From Rhodosorus marinus CCMP1338 (Eukaryota; Plantae; Rhodophyta): a stretch of DNA of 64,000 nt. The position numbers and the translations under genes were made by a program. Position 1 is the first letter of the stretch, and each line of letters starts with the position of its first letter. Shown one piece after another: positions 1 through 10,812 of the stretch. The stretch covers positions 1,984,001 to 2,048,000 of the forward strand of contig JAMWBK010000007.1 in assembly GCA_029953675.1 (NCBI GenBank), in the 5' to 3' direction. The notes under the pieces are model-generated. The model saw nothing but the letters and a program-made list of their open reading frames with translations. It had not been told where the DNA came from and searched no databases.

Positions 1-127
1 CCAAGAGTGGTGAGCCACTGAAGACGAATCCGATCTCTGCTGTGCTTTCTTCTTCGGAGGCTGTGGTTGTAGAGATATTTCCGATAGGCCCTAGGGGGAA
101 GCCGACGCCCTGTTCCCAGGAGTGATC

Positions 128-607
128 TCATGGTTCGATCGCTGCGACTGCTTTGAGACACGCTCCTGCCGTCCCCCCTAGGCTGGTCTTTGTCAGTGCG
201 TTTGTTATCCGAGGACTTGAGCCCATTCTGCTGCTGTAGTACGCTTTCGTCCGTTTGTAAAGCTCTTGCTTCGGTGCTTTTAAGGTTCCGCTGGACAGAA
301 CCACACGCATACGGACGCGCACGCTCCCGCCGTTTGCCGAAGATATCTTGCTTGTAAGCGTCAGGGCTGCGCGCACGCGCGCGGCTTCATCACGTGCACA
401 TCGTATGAGCGCGAGCCTGGTTCCAGGATCAAAGTACTTCAAAGCAAGCGCCCACTGAGTCTGACCCAGACCTACAACACCGAAATATGCTTCGAGACCT
501 CTCCTTAGCATCTGGAAAACGTCATTGGAACTGACTTTCCCCTCCAACCTATCGCTCTTTTGATGATCAACAATACAAACCAAATATCTGTTCTTCGCAC
601 GAACCAT
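128..607 (-). CDS. POP5: RNase P/MRP subunit Pop5 (Rpp14/Pop5 family), 159 aa, single exon
   Basis: N-terminal MVRAKNRYLVC and internal LKYFDPGTRLALIRCAR...VRAALTL...VVLSSGTLK match the Pop5 pattern (MVRxKxRY, YF, IIRC, SGTI/L). Confidence 0.85.
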   Translation of the reverse strand: MVRAKNRYLVCIVDHQKSDRLEGKVSSNDVFQMLRRGLEAYFGVVGLGQTQWALALKYFDPGTRLALIRCARDEAARVRAALTLTSKISSANGGSVRVRMRVVLSSGTLKAPKQELYKRTKAYYSSRMGSSPRITNALTKTSLGGTAGACLKAVAAIEP

Positions 608-975
608 CCTGCTCCTAAGGTACTCTGCTTTCGCTAAGACCGAAATCCAGGTCTTCCTAGTTCATGATACCCTTCCTTCTACCTTCAACCAGATTCGAAA
701 GCGTTATAAACGAAGAGTATTCCTAGGCTAATCCGTCCTGTTCAAAAGCCCGAATGCAATCTCAAGGCGCGTCGATGAACATTTCTCAAAAGTTCTTAAG
801 GCACCTCCCGAACTCGGAGTCCTGCGAAGGGCAGCAAATACTTTTCTTCTTAGTTCTAGAAGTTCACATAACGACAGGTCGTCCGGGAAAGGGAGTCGCA
901 GAACGAATTCGTGCGAACCGATCCCGTCCGCTCGTTCTCGGAGGATCAGAAGTCTACTGGAGCTTCACTTAAGGA

Positions 976-1011
976 CGATCTGATGGGGAGCGATCTGATG
1001 GGGAGCGATCT
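976..1011. repeat. 15-bp tandem repeat (CGATCTGATGGGGAG x2.4)
   Basis: Exact copies at 976 and 991, partial copy at 1006. Confidence 0.9.
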
Positions 1012-1567
1012 AGAGGATGGTTTTCGTTGGCCATTCCTTCCAGATCGACTTGACAGCCTTGCAATCGTTGCTGGCTCTCAAGCTGATCATTGGATGGTTA
1101 AAGGTTTCGTTCTCAGGGATTGAGACCTGAGACTGTTCTTGAAAACACGACTACTTAATGCTTGACCTCTGAGGACGACTGGACTGCCTCTGAAAGCCAG
1201 GAACATGCCGCGGATGGATTCACGAAAAAAAGCATCTTAACTACACACATTTTAATTCACAACAAGCAGCAGGTTCTGTGGTTTTACCTGAATGCGTTCA
1301 GTAACGTTTAAAATTCTCACTTATCCGTATCAATCCCTGTATCCCGGACTCCACTCCTAGTAGCCTGCACACCGCCATCAAGAAAAGAGGACCTTGTACT
1401 CTCCAAAATTCCTGTGAAAGGATGAGGAAACGCATCGCTGGTGGTTTGCCACCAGCGTCATCGAAAAAGTATTCCAAAGCGGTTCCATTTCTAACCGGCT
1501 TTGGTATCAATTTCGCACGGCGTGTGTGTTGCGTTTTTGTTTTTGTTTCGGCACGTAAGCTCTGGAT

Positions 1568-2212
1568 TTACAAGCGCCCGTGTGTACCTCTCGAGTCTTC
1601 TCTCCCCACGAGCTTTTTCAAATACTTTACAGTCTCGAATACGGTTGCTGCTACAAGGCTCTTTGACTTCTTCTCCTTGGATTCAGAGTCCCTTGATGAG
1701 GAAGGTGCGTCTAGTCCGGCTCCGGGCAAAACGCTGTCGTTTACAGTCAGACTCACGAAGAATCCAATGGGCACCATCCAAACGCACAAGAGGAAGAACG
1801 ATGCTATGGATGGAGTCGGTGAGAGTCTGTAGTTGTAGAACATATTGTAATTCTCGTGGAAGTACCGGTACCAAGCGACGTTGTTGATCACGAACATGAT
1901 CCCAGATCCGATGAAAGGCAGCGTCTTCGGCTGCAGAAACGGAAACGATTTAAGAAGTTGATAGTACGTCACGTGAGACACGAACCCAATGGCGCAGTAC
2001 ACGAAATAGAACCTCTCATACGCCCACAGAACTACAAACACCCCTAACATGATCAGAATAACCACCCTCAACACCTTCTTCGCTGCGGAAGTATACTCCT
2101 CCACCAGCTCCGCCAGGTAATAAAATCCACATGCCAGGCAGATCGCAGCAAACAGAAGGAACAAATACCCCGAAACATAAACCACGAAAACAAAAAAAGA
2201 AGGAAGCCACAT
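1568..2212 (-). CDS. SVP26: Svp26/TEX261-family ER-Golgi membrane protein, 214 aa, single exon
   Basis: CLACGFYYLAELVEEYT..AKK, SFPF and CVWMVPIGFFVSLTVNDSVLP are hallmark motifs; several TM segments. Confidence 0.85.
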   Translation of the reverse strand: MWLPSFFVFVVYVSGYLFLLFAAICLACGFYYLAELVEEYTSAAKKVLRVVILIMLGVFVVLWAYERFYFVYCAIGFVSHVTYYQLLKSFPFLQPKTLPFIGSGIMFVINNVAWYRYFHENYNMFYNYRLSPTPSIASFFLLCVWMVPIGFFVSLTVNDSVLPGAGLDAPSSSRDSESKEKKSKSLVAATVFETVKYLKKLVGREDSRGTHGRL

Positions 2213-2260
2213 GGCCTCTTACCCTCCGCACTCCCAAAATTAAAAACCCCTCCAAAAAAC

Positions 2261-2330
2261 CAGCGATCACCCCTTTTCACTCCAACATCCCCAAACAACC
2301 TCCCCGTCTTCAACTCTCCTCTCTCTCTCC

Positions 2331-2361
<31 letters not shown>

Positions 2362-2520
2362 CACTCACTCACTCACTCACACACACACACACACACACAT
2401 ACGCAAAAGGCTTTTCCAAGCTTTTCCTCTTTCAGATCGTTACTCCCCCGCCCAAAAAAAGTCAGCGATCACCCCTTTTCACTCCAACATCCCCAAGCAA
2501 CCTCCCCGCCTTCAACTCTC

Positions 2521-2553
<33 letters not shown>

Positions 2554-2620
2554 ACTCATTCACACGCACATACACGAAAGGCTTTTCCCCCTTTTCCTCT
2601 TTCTGATCGTCAATTCCATC
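2261..2620. repeat. 202-bp two-copy tandem duplication containing (CT)n/(CACT)n/(CA)n microsatellites, upstream of SVP26
   Basis: CAGCGATCACCCCTTTTCACTCCAACATCCCCAA occurs at 2261 and 2463. Each copy is followed by CT and CA runs and AAAGGCTTTTCC. Confidence 0.9.
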
Positions 2621-3333
2621 CAAAAAAACCAAAAAAAACAATCTTATCGCCTCTCATTCACCAAAACATTACCAAAAAAAAACAAAAACATGACAAAAAC
2701 GCATCAAAATCAAACAAAAAGTCTAAATCCATCCTTCTTATCAGGTAAACAACAAAACACATCTTCCTCCTCTCTTCGTCACCACATACCCATTTGAAAA
2801 AAAAAAAAATTCTGTCCATTGTTGTGTCTAATTCTAGAACTATTTATCTTAATATAGAAATTTATTGTTTATGATTTAGAAAATTATTTCGAGACAGGCT
2901 GTTTGCTGAAGGGACAGTTTGTCTTTGTTTTATTGAATTTTGATGAGTTTTAGGTCTATTGTGGTGGGATGATTTTTTGCTGTGGGTGGGGTGGGTGGTA
3001 GTGCTTTTGTCTGATTTCGCTTGATAGTGGTGGAAATGGTTTGCTGCTACTGTAGTCAGCTGCTTGCCTAGTAATCGATGGAAGCTACGGGAGCTAACGT
3101 CAGAGTTTGGTTTGGGAGCATTGAGAAACTTGTTCTGGCTTTCTCGAAGGACATATCAGGACCTCTCCTTGTCAGCGTGGGGAAGCTTAACAGAAACGGG
3201 CTTTACCGTTTGTTAGTATTTTGTGTCCAAGGTAGGAATGAGCTCCTCCCTGAGCAAACCAGCATAGATTTCTCGATGTCTCCTAACCCAACTCGGGCAT
3301 CCTGTGCATCGAGAAATGCCCAGTTCGCGAACA

Positions 3334-3402
3334 AAATTTTGGGTTGGGCTACATTATGGATCATTTGGAAATTTTGAGTTGGGCTACATTATGGATCACT
3401 TG
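3334..3402. repeat. 35-bp two-copy tandem duplication
   Basis: AAATTTTG(G/A)GTTGGGCTACATTATGGATCA at 3334 and 3369. Confidence 0.9.
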
Positions 3403-3732
3403 TGTGCTGTCTGCGGGTTGGGGTGAGGCTGAGCTGCAGGTGAGAGGGTTTTGAAAGGATGTACGAGGTATGGAGGTTGCCAAGCGTTTCAGTTTCCCTT
3501 CTTCAAATCAGGTGCAATTTAAACTGGGTCTTCTACGACATACCCGGCAGGGAGCTTTTTGGAGAGTTTTGCACAGCTCGGCAAACATATCGAACTGGTT
3601 CGTCTGGGCGATACTCTCTCAATCAGCTGATTTCTTGTGGTCTAGTGCTCCTAGGCGAGACAAATTTTATTTGCAAATAGGGCCACTGGAGCCCTAGGAT
3701 GAATTTCTTATCGTCAGATATATACAGACTTC

Positions 3733-4890
3733 TTATCTGATCGTGTTACCAGATCCTTTGTTGTTGTCGTCAGTCCAATCTGCCCATGCCCGTTCTTTCA
3801 TCGTTTTCTTATCCGAGACCTCATCCCTATCGCTGTCTTCGTCGCTTTCCTCAGCCTTGAGCTTTTCCTTCTCTGCGTCGATTTTCATCTGCTCCCTCAT
3901 CCGAGCCAGCTCAATTTCTCCCCATTCTTCGACAGTATACGTAGGCAGGTTGTGGCTTGGCTTGAAAACCTGATCCTGCTGGTACTTTCTGGTATCCATG
4001 ATACGGTAACTACGTCCAAAAAAGACGCAAAATATCTATATTAGGAGAAGGTACAAGGAACAAACGCTGAAATTCTCATCCGAGTAAACCAAGCTCTAGA
4101 TACCTCTCCGGTGGGGGCATGTTCTCCCTGAGCTTCCTTGCTTCGTCAGCGGGATCCTTGCCCTTCGCTTTGGTGTCTACAGCGTACTTCAAAAGCTGAA
4201 TTTCTTCATCCAGGCTACTCCTCGAATTCGAGGCCTCTCTAGCTGCAGCTTTTAGTACAGAAACAGAAACCTAGAATGCAAAGAAGTTATCAGCTCAGAC
4301 AAAAGAGACTCCAATCTTCATCGCAAAAGTCCAGTACTCAAAACGAGGACGAGCTATACCTCTCTCTCGATTTCTTCTGCCATTTCGGGGTCAGCGGACC
4401 TTGACTTTCGTTTGAGGTCCTCTAGCTTAGCGCTTTCCTCTTTTTCCCGCTTAAGCTTCTCTATAAGCCTCGTCCTTCTCTCTGAGGGGTTCCTTGGCAG
4501 CTCCTTGGAAAGACTTTCTAGCTCAGCTCTGCTCAATATTTCCAGAGTGGATAGCAGATCGAAGAACAATGTGTACCAGTTCTTCGCATCTTCAAGCGAA
4601 CGCACGCGATCAGCCGGGGGCGCAATCTCTCCGGGTATGCTCAAGCACAACGCCCGAGCTTCATAGAACGGTAGAAGCGCGAACTTTACATCCTTCGTAG
4701 CCATATCCTCCAGCGTCTCGCTTCTCGATATACATCCGGAAGCAACAGCTTCCGACCACTGAGCGCTAATCTCATCACTCAACATACTCAACTCCACAAC
4801 TTCGCAAGTTTCCTCTCCAATAACAGGAACAGAAGCGTCGTACTTCTTTAACGAACTCGAAGCCGCATAAAAACGGCTAGACAAAGACAT
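3733..4890 (-). CDS. TAP42: TAP42/alpha4 (IGBP1) PP2A-associated protein; 3 exons (4890-4360, 4270-4104, 4009-3733)
   Basis: LLPFYEA, ERRTRLIEKLKREKE, QVFKPSHNLPTYTVEEW and the C-terminal RAWADWTDDNNKGSGN. GT-AG introns 4359-4271 (89 nt) and 4103-4010 (94 nt) join the ORFs in frame. Confidence 0.9.
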
Positions 4891-7800
4891 TTCGACAACA
4901 CCTACCACCGCGTAGCACAAAAACAAAAAACTCTCTTCTCTTCTTCCTCAACCCGTCGCTTCAAAACGTAACCACTTTGTCCCAGCAAATCCACTCAAAC
5001 AAACGACACTACCAAACAAGCAAACACAAAAAAAACTCGCCTTACGAGTCAAACGTTTTCATTATCTCTTCAAATATCTTCAAATGTAAAAACCTTCTAT
5101 TCCCAATCTAACCCAAGACCTCCCGCTTCCCAAACGACCCACGGTTCCTCTTCCCCCTCTCCCCCTCAAATGTCCAGCACCAGTTGGGATAGTCTTTTGC
5201 TTGCAGATTCTTAGGTTGTCACGTTTCGTCCGATACAAGCTTAGTACACAAATTAGTACAATATATCTCAAAAAACGAAGAAAATTCGTTTCATCTAGAT
5301 CAAGGCCGCTGAAAAGGTGTTTCAAAATAGACATGTTTTTCAAATACTTTTATTCTAAAAATATTGTATTTAGCGTCTTTTAAATGAGTAGAGGCCGTAT
5401 CTATCTCGTATGGGACATTTCCGGTCGCTATGACAAGCCTACGACAGGTTACATTTGGACATCGAGCAAAAAGAAGAAATCGAAATCGCTCACTCACTCA
5501 AGGGCAGGGCAGCTGTCTCATATTGGGGACAGCTGTCGTTCAAAGAAAAGGGTTCGTAGCTGTCCGCTCTTCTTTTCCGTTTTTTTTCGGACTTGGCTAG
5601 TTCCTTAGATAGTGGTTGGCTGTGTTGCTCAAAGTACACTAGTGAACGCCATGCTTGTCTGTACGTTTCTATTCTCGCCCTCCTCTCATTAAAACAAGTC
5701 AGAGGAATGACCTACGTCGCCCTAGGAGGGAGCTTTCCCTATCATGTGGATCGTCGTATGCACCTGCCATGCCAGCTGTCAATCAATTCCCAACGGCGCT
5801 GAAATAGGAGGTGATTTATACTTTAGGAAAATCTCTCATCATTCTGACGTAGTGCGATAAAAAATGCTTCTCGTATGGGCGCAGCTCCACGCCCACCGGG
5901 AGTGAAATCCACGTGCAGCCCCATCACCGTATGCCCAATTAGCTGGCCTCAGCGAACCGGGAACAAGCTAGGAAAAGCATAGTCTTCAAATGATATGTGC
6001 TGGTCTTATGCCAACCACAAAAAAGGCTATGCTTGAAATACAATTTCAAGTGTCAAAATATCCTTGTTGCACAGGACTGAAAACTATTGCCTAAATTCCG
6101 CAGACTTTGTGAAGGCGCGGTGGATAGAAGCGGGCCTGGTGTAGAGGAGCTCATCATCAACCCTTGAACTTCATTGGCAAAATTGAACATAACATTTTGC
6201 GAGGCACATACCCATGACCTGAAACACGTGTTGATGGATTTCGCTCTTCTACCATCAACCTTTTCGGCAGTATCCTGACCTGCAGGTTGCTTTCACTCGT
6301 TGTCTGAGCGTACTTAGCAGGGAAGCTTCGGGACGATAGCTTGGTTAAAAGGTTTCAAAGTCCATCAGTGCGATGTGTAAGCCTCCTCGAGGGTATGCGG
6401 CCGGTTGTAGTTCACCGAAGCCCAATCCGTAGTCAAGCATCGGGGACTCATCGTCAACCAGAAGAGGGGAGGTTCGGTGATTTTGGAGGTTGCAGCCAGT
6501 AAGGCGAACCACTGGCTAACATCCCCATCAATAAGACCTGGGATACCTGAAAGTTGCGTATCAATAGCCTCGTGCGCAGAGATGCGGACATGAGTTGCAC
6601 ATTCTGATACAGCCGAGCAGGGCTCTCGCTACTATCGGTCTTCGAGAGATGCTGAGGACGCTATCAATTGTCGAAGGGACACCTCGACAGTCTTTCCAGC
6701 AGATTGTTTACAGCAGACAAGGGACCCCCTGCTTCGCGGTTACGTTGAGCACGGCTCTGTAAACTTTTGCGCAGACGAGGTCGTGTAGCAGCGCGCTTCG
6801 CTCATCGGTTACATTTGAGCACAGCCTGCCTGCAACAAGCTAGACAAGATGACTATCATTACTAATCAATCAGATTTCGAGTGAAGTTCGACTACATCTC
6901 TTGTTGAGATGTATCAACTCGGCCATCTCCGTTCAAGAATTTCTATTATTTTGGAGATATATGAGGTTCTGATTGGATGAATTGCTTTCAATGGAAAATA
7001 ATTCCAAAATTCAAGCTAGGTTTGCTGTTTGAGAATATTACTGGAACCTCTTCTTCCCTTTTCCGCACGAGGATGCTAAAATTGGCATCCTTACAGCCTG
7101 AATTAGTTTGAAATTCGCCATATTTTCTTAAATTGGCAATGTAAGCATGATCCGCTGTTCAACATGCGGTGCACCACCAAAATCTAAAATTAGCTGCGCT
7201 TTTGACTACAGGGTTCCTCAGCCGGATCCTTCCAAACGCAGTGATGATTAGTTTTGGGGTTAATGGAGAGCTGGGATTGCTCTCCAATCAGGATAGTGAC
7301 TTCATCATGGAAGGCGGAGGAAGACTCACAATGTTCATACTTCGCAACTCGAGAATGACACGACGTGGCTGTGCGAATGTTCGCCTTGGTGAAGGTTTCG
7401 CAGGTGTAAGTTGTTAGGCGGGGCGATAGACAGGAGTCCATAGCTCTTAGATACGTGTTGATTACGTGGTATCCCAGACTTGCACAATCAAGAGGTGGCA
7501 GTGCGCGTTTTGCCGTGGTGGCGACAGGCAGTCCGTGGAAAATGCCCTTCGCGCCAGGTATTAGTCCCTGAGAGGCTACCTACGCCCCAAATGAGCGCGG
7601 CTTGGTCTCGCAACAGAGCGTTGACATGGCTACAGGAAACAGTTGGCCTGCCGGGATCTTTCAGGATGGAGTCCAATCGGTTGGGCAGCTTTCACGCTCC
7701 TCGTGCGTGAACATCAGCCATTCAGCGCGGGCTCAGTGGAAACAGCTTTGCCCGGATCTTTGAAGTTCATATTCAATAAGGTGAGGGGCCGCACCTCCCT

Positions 7801-8110
7801 TGTCTAGTGGAGTCAGCCACCACGCCTTGGATGCGGGTACTGCATCAACCTAGAAACTATTATTCAAAGATCACGTTGGGAACGGCCTCGATATGCCTTC
7901 CAAAGAGTTTCAGAGCCTCCATCGGACTCTGCTCGCAGGACACTGCTCTACCCCTTGGCTCTCGTCGACACTTGGCATCCTATTGTTTTGTGAAAATATT
8001 TACTTAGTTGGTTTAGTTATCCACTTGTCCAATGTGGGACGTTTTAAAGTTGAGGTCAATGGTAAATTAGTACAAAAGCAAAGGCGAATAGTATTGCTTC
8101 CAATCCGAAT

Positions 8111-8779
8111 TCAGTTTGGCGCCGCGGAATTGAATTTGCAATGGTTCTTCATATGATACGCCATGCCGGAGTTCCACTTTGCTCGGTAGTCGCATCCTTT
8201 GTTCTTGCACTGCAAGGGCTTATCATCGTTGTGCTTTCGCATATGGAGTCTTAGCCGATTGGGCCACATGAACTCATATCCGCAGACGTGGCAGACTCGC
8301 TCCTTTTTGCTGAGCGCAGGCACTGGAGGAGATCTCTTCATCGGTGAAGAATCCAAGTGGTCGTGAGAGACGGCTGAGATTGAAGCGTCGTCTTCCTGGA
8401 TCGGTCCTCTGTTGGACACGGGAAGTTGTACATCCACACGATTCTCGAAGACGGGAAACTCGAGTTCCATCTCAGACGGGGTCGCTGTCGTAGGGCTCAA
8501 CTCTGACAGAATCGTTTCGTCCTCAATATCGTTCAATGTGTCCGGGATCGGGCATTGCAGAACCTGAATCAACACGTCGTTGAAATCCGGCTCCGATGTC
8601 TCTCGCTTCATCATCTCACTAAGCTGTCTCAGCGGCTTCTCAGCTCCCCACAAGTCGTCCACGGAGGCAGGCTGCGGCTTCACATTAGCTGCATTTTCGA
8701 AGCTAAACAAATCCGTCATACTGTCCAACTCCTCCAATTGAAATCCGAACTCCGGCTCATCATCTCTAATTGCTTCCAT
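8111..8779 (-). CDS. C2H2 zinc-finger protein with two C-terminal fingers, copy A; an upstream in-frame ATG exists at 8818
   Basis: CHVCGYEFMWPNRLRLHMRKH-NDDKP-LQCKNKGCDYRAKWNSGMAYHMKNHC, preceded by an acidic low-complexity N-terminus. Confidence 0.85.
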   Translation of the reverse strand: MEAIRDDEPEFGFQLEELDSMTDLFSFENAANVKPQPASVDDLWGAEKPLRQLSEMMKRETSEPDFNDVLIQVLQCPIPDTLNDIEDETILSELSPTTATPSEMELEFPVFENRVDVQLPVSNRGPIQEDDASISAVSHDHLDSSPMKRSPPVPALSKKERVCHVCGYEFMWPNRLRLHMRKHNDDKPLQCKNKGCDYRAKWNSGMAYHMKNHCKFNSAAPN

Positions 8780-9414
8780 TTTGTGTATCAGGTATCTTGC
8801 CTCACTACTTGTATTCATGTGTTTCGATACTTCAACCCCGAGGCAATCACGGGAACACCCAGCAAGCAGCCCTTATATACCTTCTATATTTTCCCATCGA
8901 TGCTATCTCGACACACATCTGCAAGGCGGGGCCCAAACGATCGAATCTCAGAAATTTCGCCATCACCGCAATATCCCTTTAAAATTAAAGGAAAACTGGA
9001 TATCTGTTTCTATTCTCGGAAACTGAACTTAGATACAGCAAAGCGCAAGCGATTCTGACTGGATGTAAGCATTGATTAGACCAATGAATTCCCCTCTAGT
9101 ATCTCAATCGCGACCATGAAAACCTTTGCATGTTTGAAAATTTCGTCATCAAGAGCTCACCGCAGTAAAAATAAAAGCAATTCCAGATCCATGTTCTAAA
9201 GGAGTCGCATGAATGCTCGTTAGCCTCGAAATAAACATTATTGGATGTAAGCTTGAACCTTTTGACCAATGAAAAACTGTTGACGCTCCCCGTTGATCTC
9301 GAGCGACGGAACTACCCTTTACCACCTCCAAATTTAGAAGCAGCTAAAACTGACCGGAATCCCCGTTTCGTCGTCCGATGCTAGAAAATAGATAAAACTA
9401 TTCTCAACTAATTC

Positions 9415-9932
9415 ATTGGATAATACGTGATACTTTATCTTATCTGATTGGATAAAGCTACACCTTATCCAGTTTATTACATTTTATTATAAACTGTCAA
9501 GTAATGGGCCGTAAGCAGGTGTGGCGCTTGTGGCGTTGAAGGCAGCTTAGTTGCACAACATCAACCTCCGGGATTTTTAGCACGCCCGAAGAGGAATTAA
9601 AATAAAATATTACATGATTAGTTTAGAAGGAATTTATTGGACAGCTAGGGAATATTCGAAAATAATTCGATCACGTTCCTCCTCTCTTGAATTTAATTGG
9701 ATAAAAAGTCATGTTAACAAACGTTTGATGAAGATCCGTTTGCCTTGCGTGTGCTGGTCGATTTCGATGCTCGTTTGCTAATGCTTTGGATTGTCGAATC
9801 TCATGGGTTCTAAAATAATATATCATCGAAGAAATCTGTTATCACAAAACTCACTCTGATATAATTGGATTATAAGCAACGTACGGAGTAATAATTGGAT
9901 AATATTTAACGTGCTAGTTGTTAATTGGATAA
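9415..9932. repeat. AT-rich tract with recurrent (T)AATTGGAT(AA) motif, partly phased at 30 bp
   Basis: ATTGGA cores at 9415, 9447, 9636, 9696, 9864, 9894 and 9924, plus a variant ATTCGA at 9665. Confidence 0.65.
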
Positions 9933-10383
9933 AGATCAAATAGTTTCCTTGAAATAAAATATTTTTGCAAAGGATGTCAGTATGCTCCATGGGCGAGTTC
10001 TGTAAACAATATCCTGGGCCTCTTCGACGCGCTTCTGTAAACAATCGCGAGGCCGTTGCGCATCCATAAAAATATCCAAATTCAAAATATTACATCCATC
10101 CATTTTCAATTAGTACGCAGATCTTGCAAACATGTTTTGAGTTGTATTTTGAGAGATACGATGCAAATTAATTAGATTGCTCCTTTTTGGCTGTAATTCA
10201 ACATCGCGAAATGATTTCTTTTGGAAAACAAAAGGTCATGTTGGGTAGGGAGGAGGAAACGATTGGATCAGCGAAGGGAGACAATAGTTCGGATCGATGA
10301 TTTTGAACTCGTACACCTATGCATATTGGTCGGGCAGGTGTTTTTCGCTTCCGTGACACTTTCCACTTCAGGCGAGTCCTGCT

Positions 10384-10520
10384 GTGCTAAAAAGCGGCCA
10401 TCCGCGTATGCTAGTTCTACCATGCCCGACAATGAGGAACAGCAGTGAGCGACTTACACACGTGCAGTGCTAAAAGCCCATTCGCGTAGCTAGAAGTTCT
10501 ACCACGTCCGACCATTTGGG
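10384..10520. repeat. Degenerate 83-bp two-copy tandem duplication
   Basis: GTGCTAAAA..GCC(C)AT(C/T)CGCGTA..GCTAG..TTCTACCA..CCGAC(A/C)AT at 10384 and 10467. Confidence 0.7.
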
Positions 10521-10744
10521 GCAACGGTGAATGACTGTCGAAAAGTTTGCGCTAGAGACGAACGCTAGTACAACGGTTCGAGGGAGTTGGAGTACAAACC
10601 CGGCCATTCTGAGTCCCATGGTTGCGGTGGGGCGGGCCTAATGAATGCCATCCCCTGCCCCCGTTTGCCGCCCGGAGATCTTGACGATCCCTTGAGGAAG
10701 CAAGAACCCTCGTTTAGAAATTACCTTGCATAAATGCTGACTCA

Positions 10745-10812
10745 TAAGACGCACTCTCGAAGCAACGAGAAAGTTGCTTCAAGAGTGCGTCTTAGGTGGA
10801 CAGAAGTCCACC
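10745..10812. other. 22-bp near-perfect inverted repeat (6-nt loop) followed by a 7-bp hairpin
   Basis: TAAGACGCACTCTCGAAGCAAC-gagaaa-GTTGCTTCAAGAGTGCGTCTTA (10745-10794, 1 mismatch), then GGTGGAC-agaa-GTCCACC (10795-10812). Confidence 0.85.

Noticed and set aside
2068-2748. Long ORFs 2131-2748 (+) and 2068-2364 (-)
   Set aside because: They are translations of CT/CA microsatellites and A-rich promoter DNA (SLSLS, HTHTH, RERER), not real proteins.
7169-7710. Cys/His-containing short ORFs suggesting a BED or C2H2 finger
   Set aside because: Ligand spacing does not fit any finger, and there are no supporting transposase motifs.
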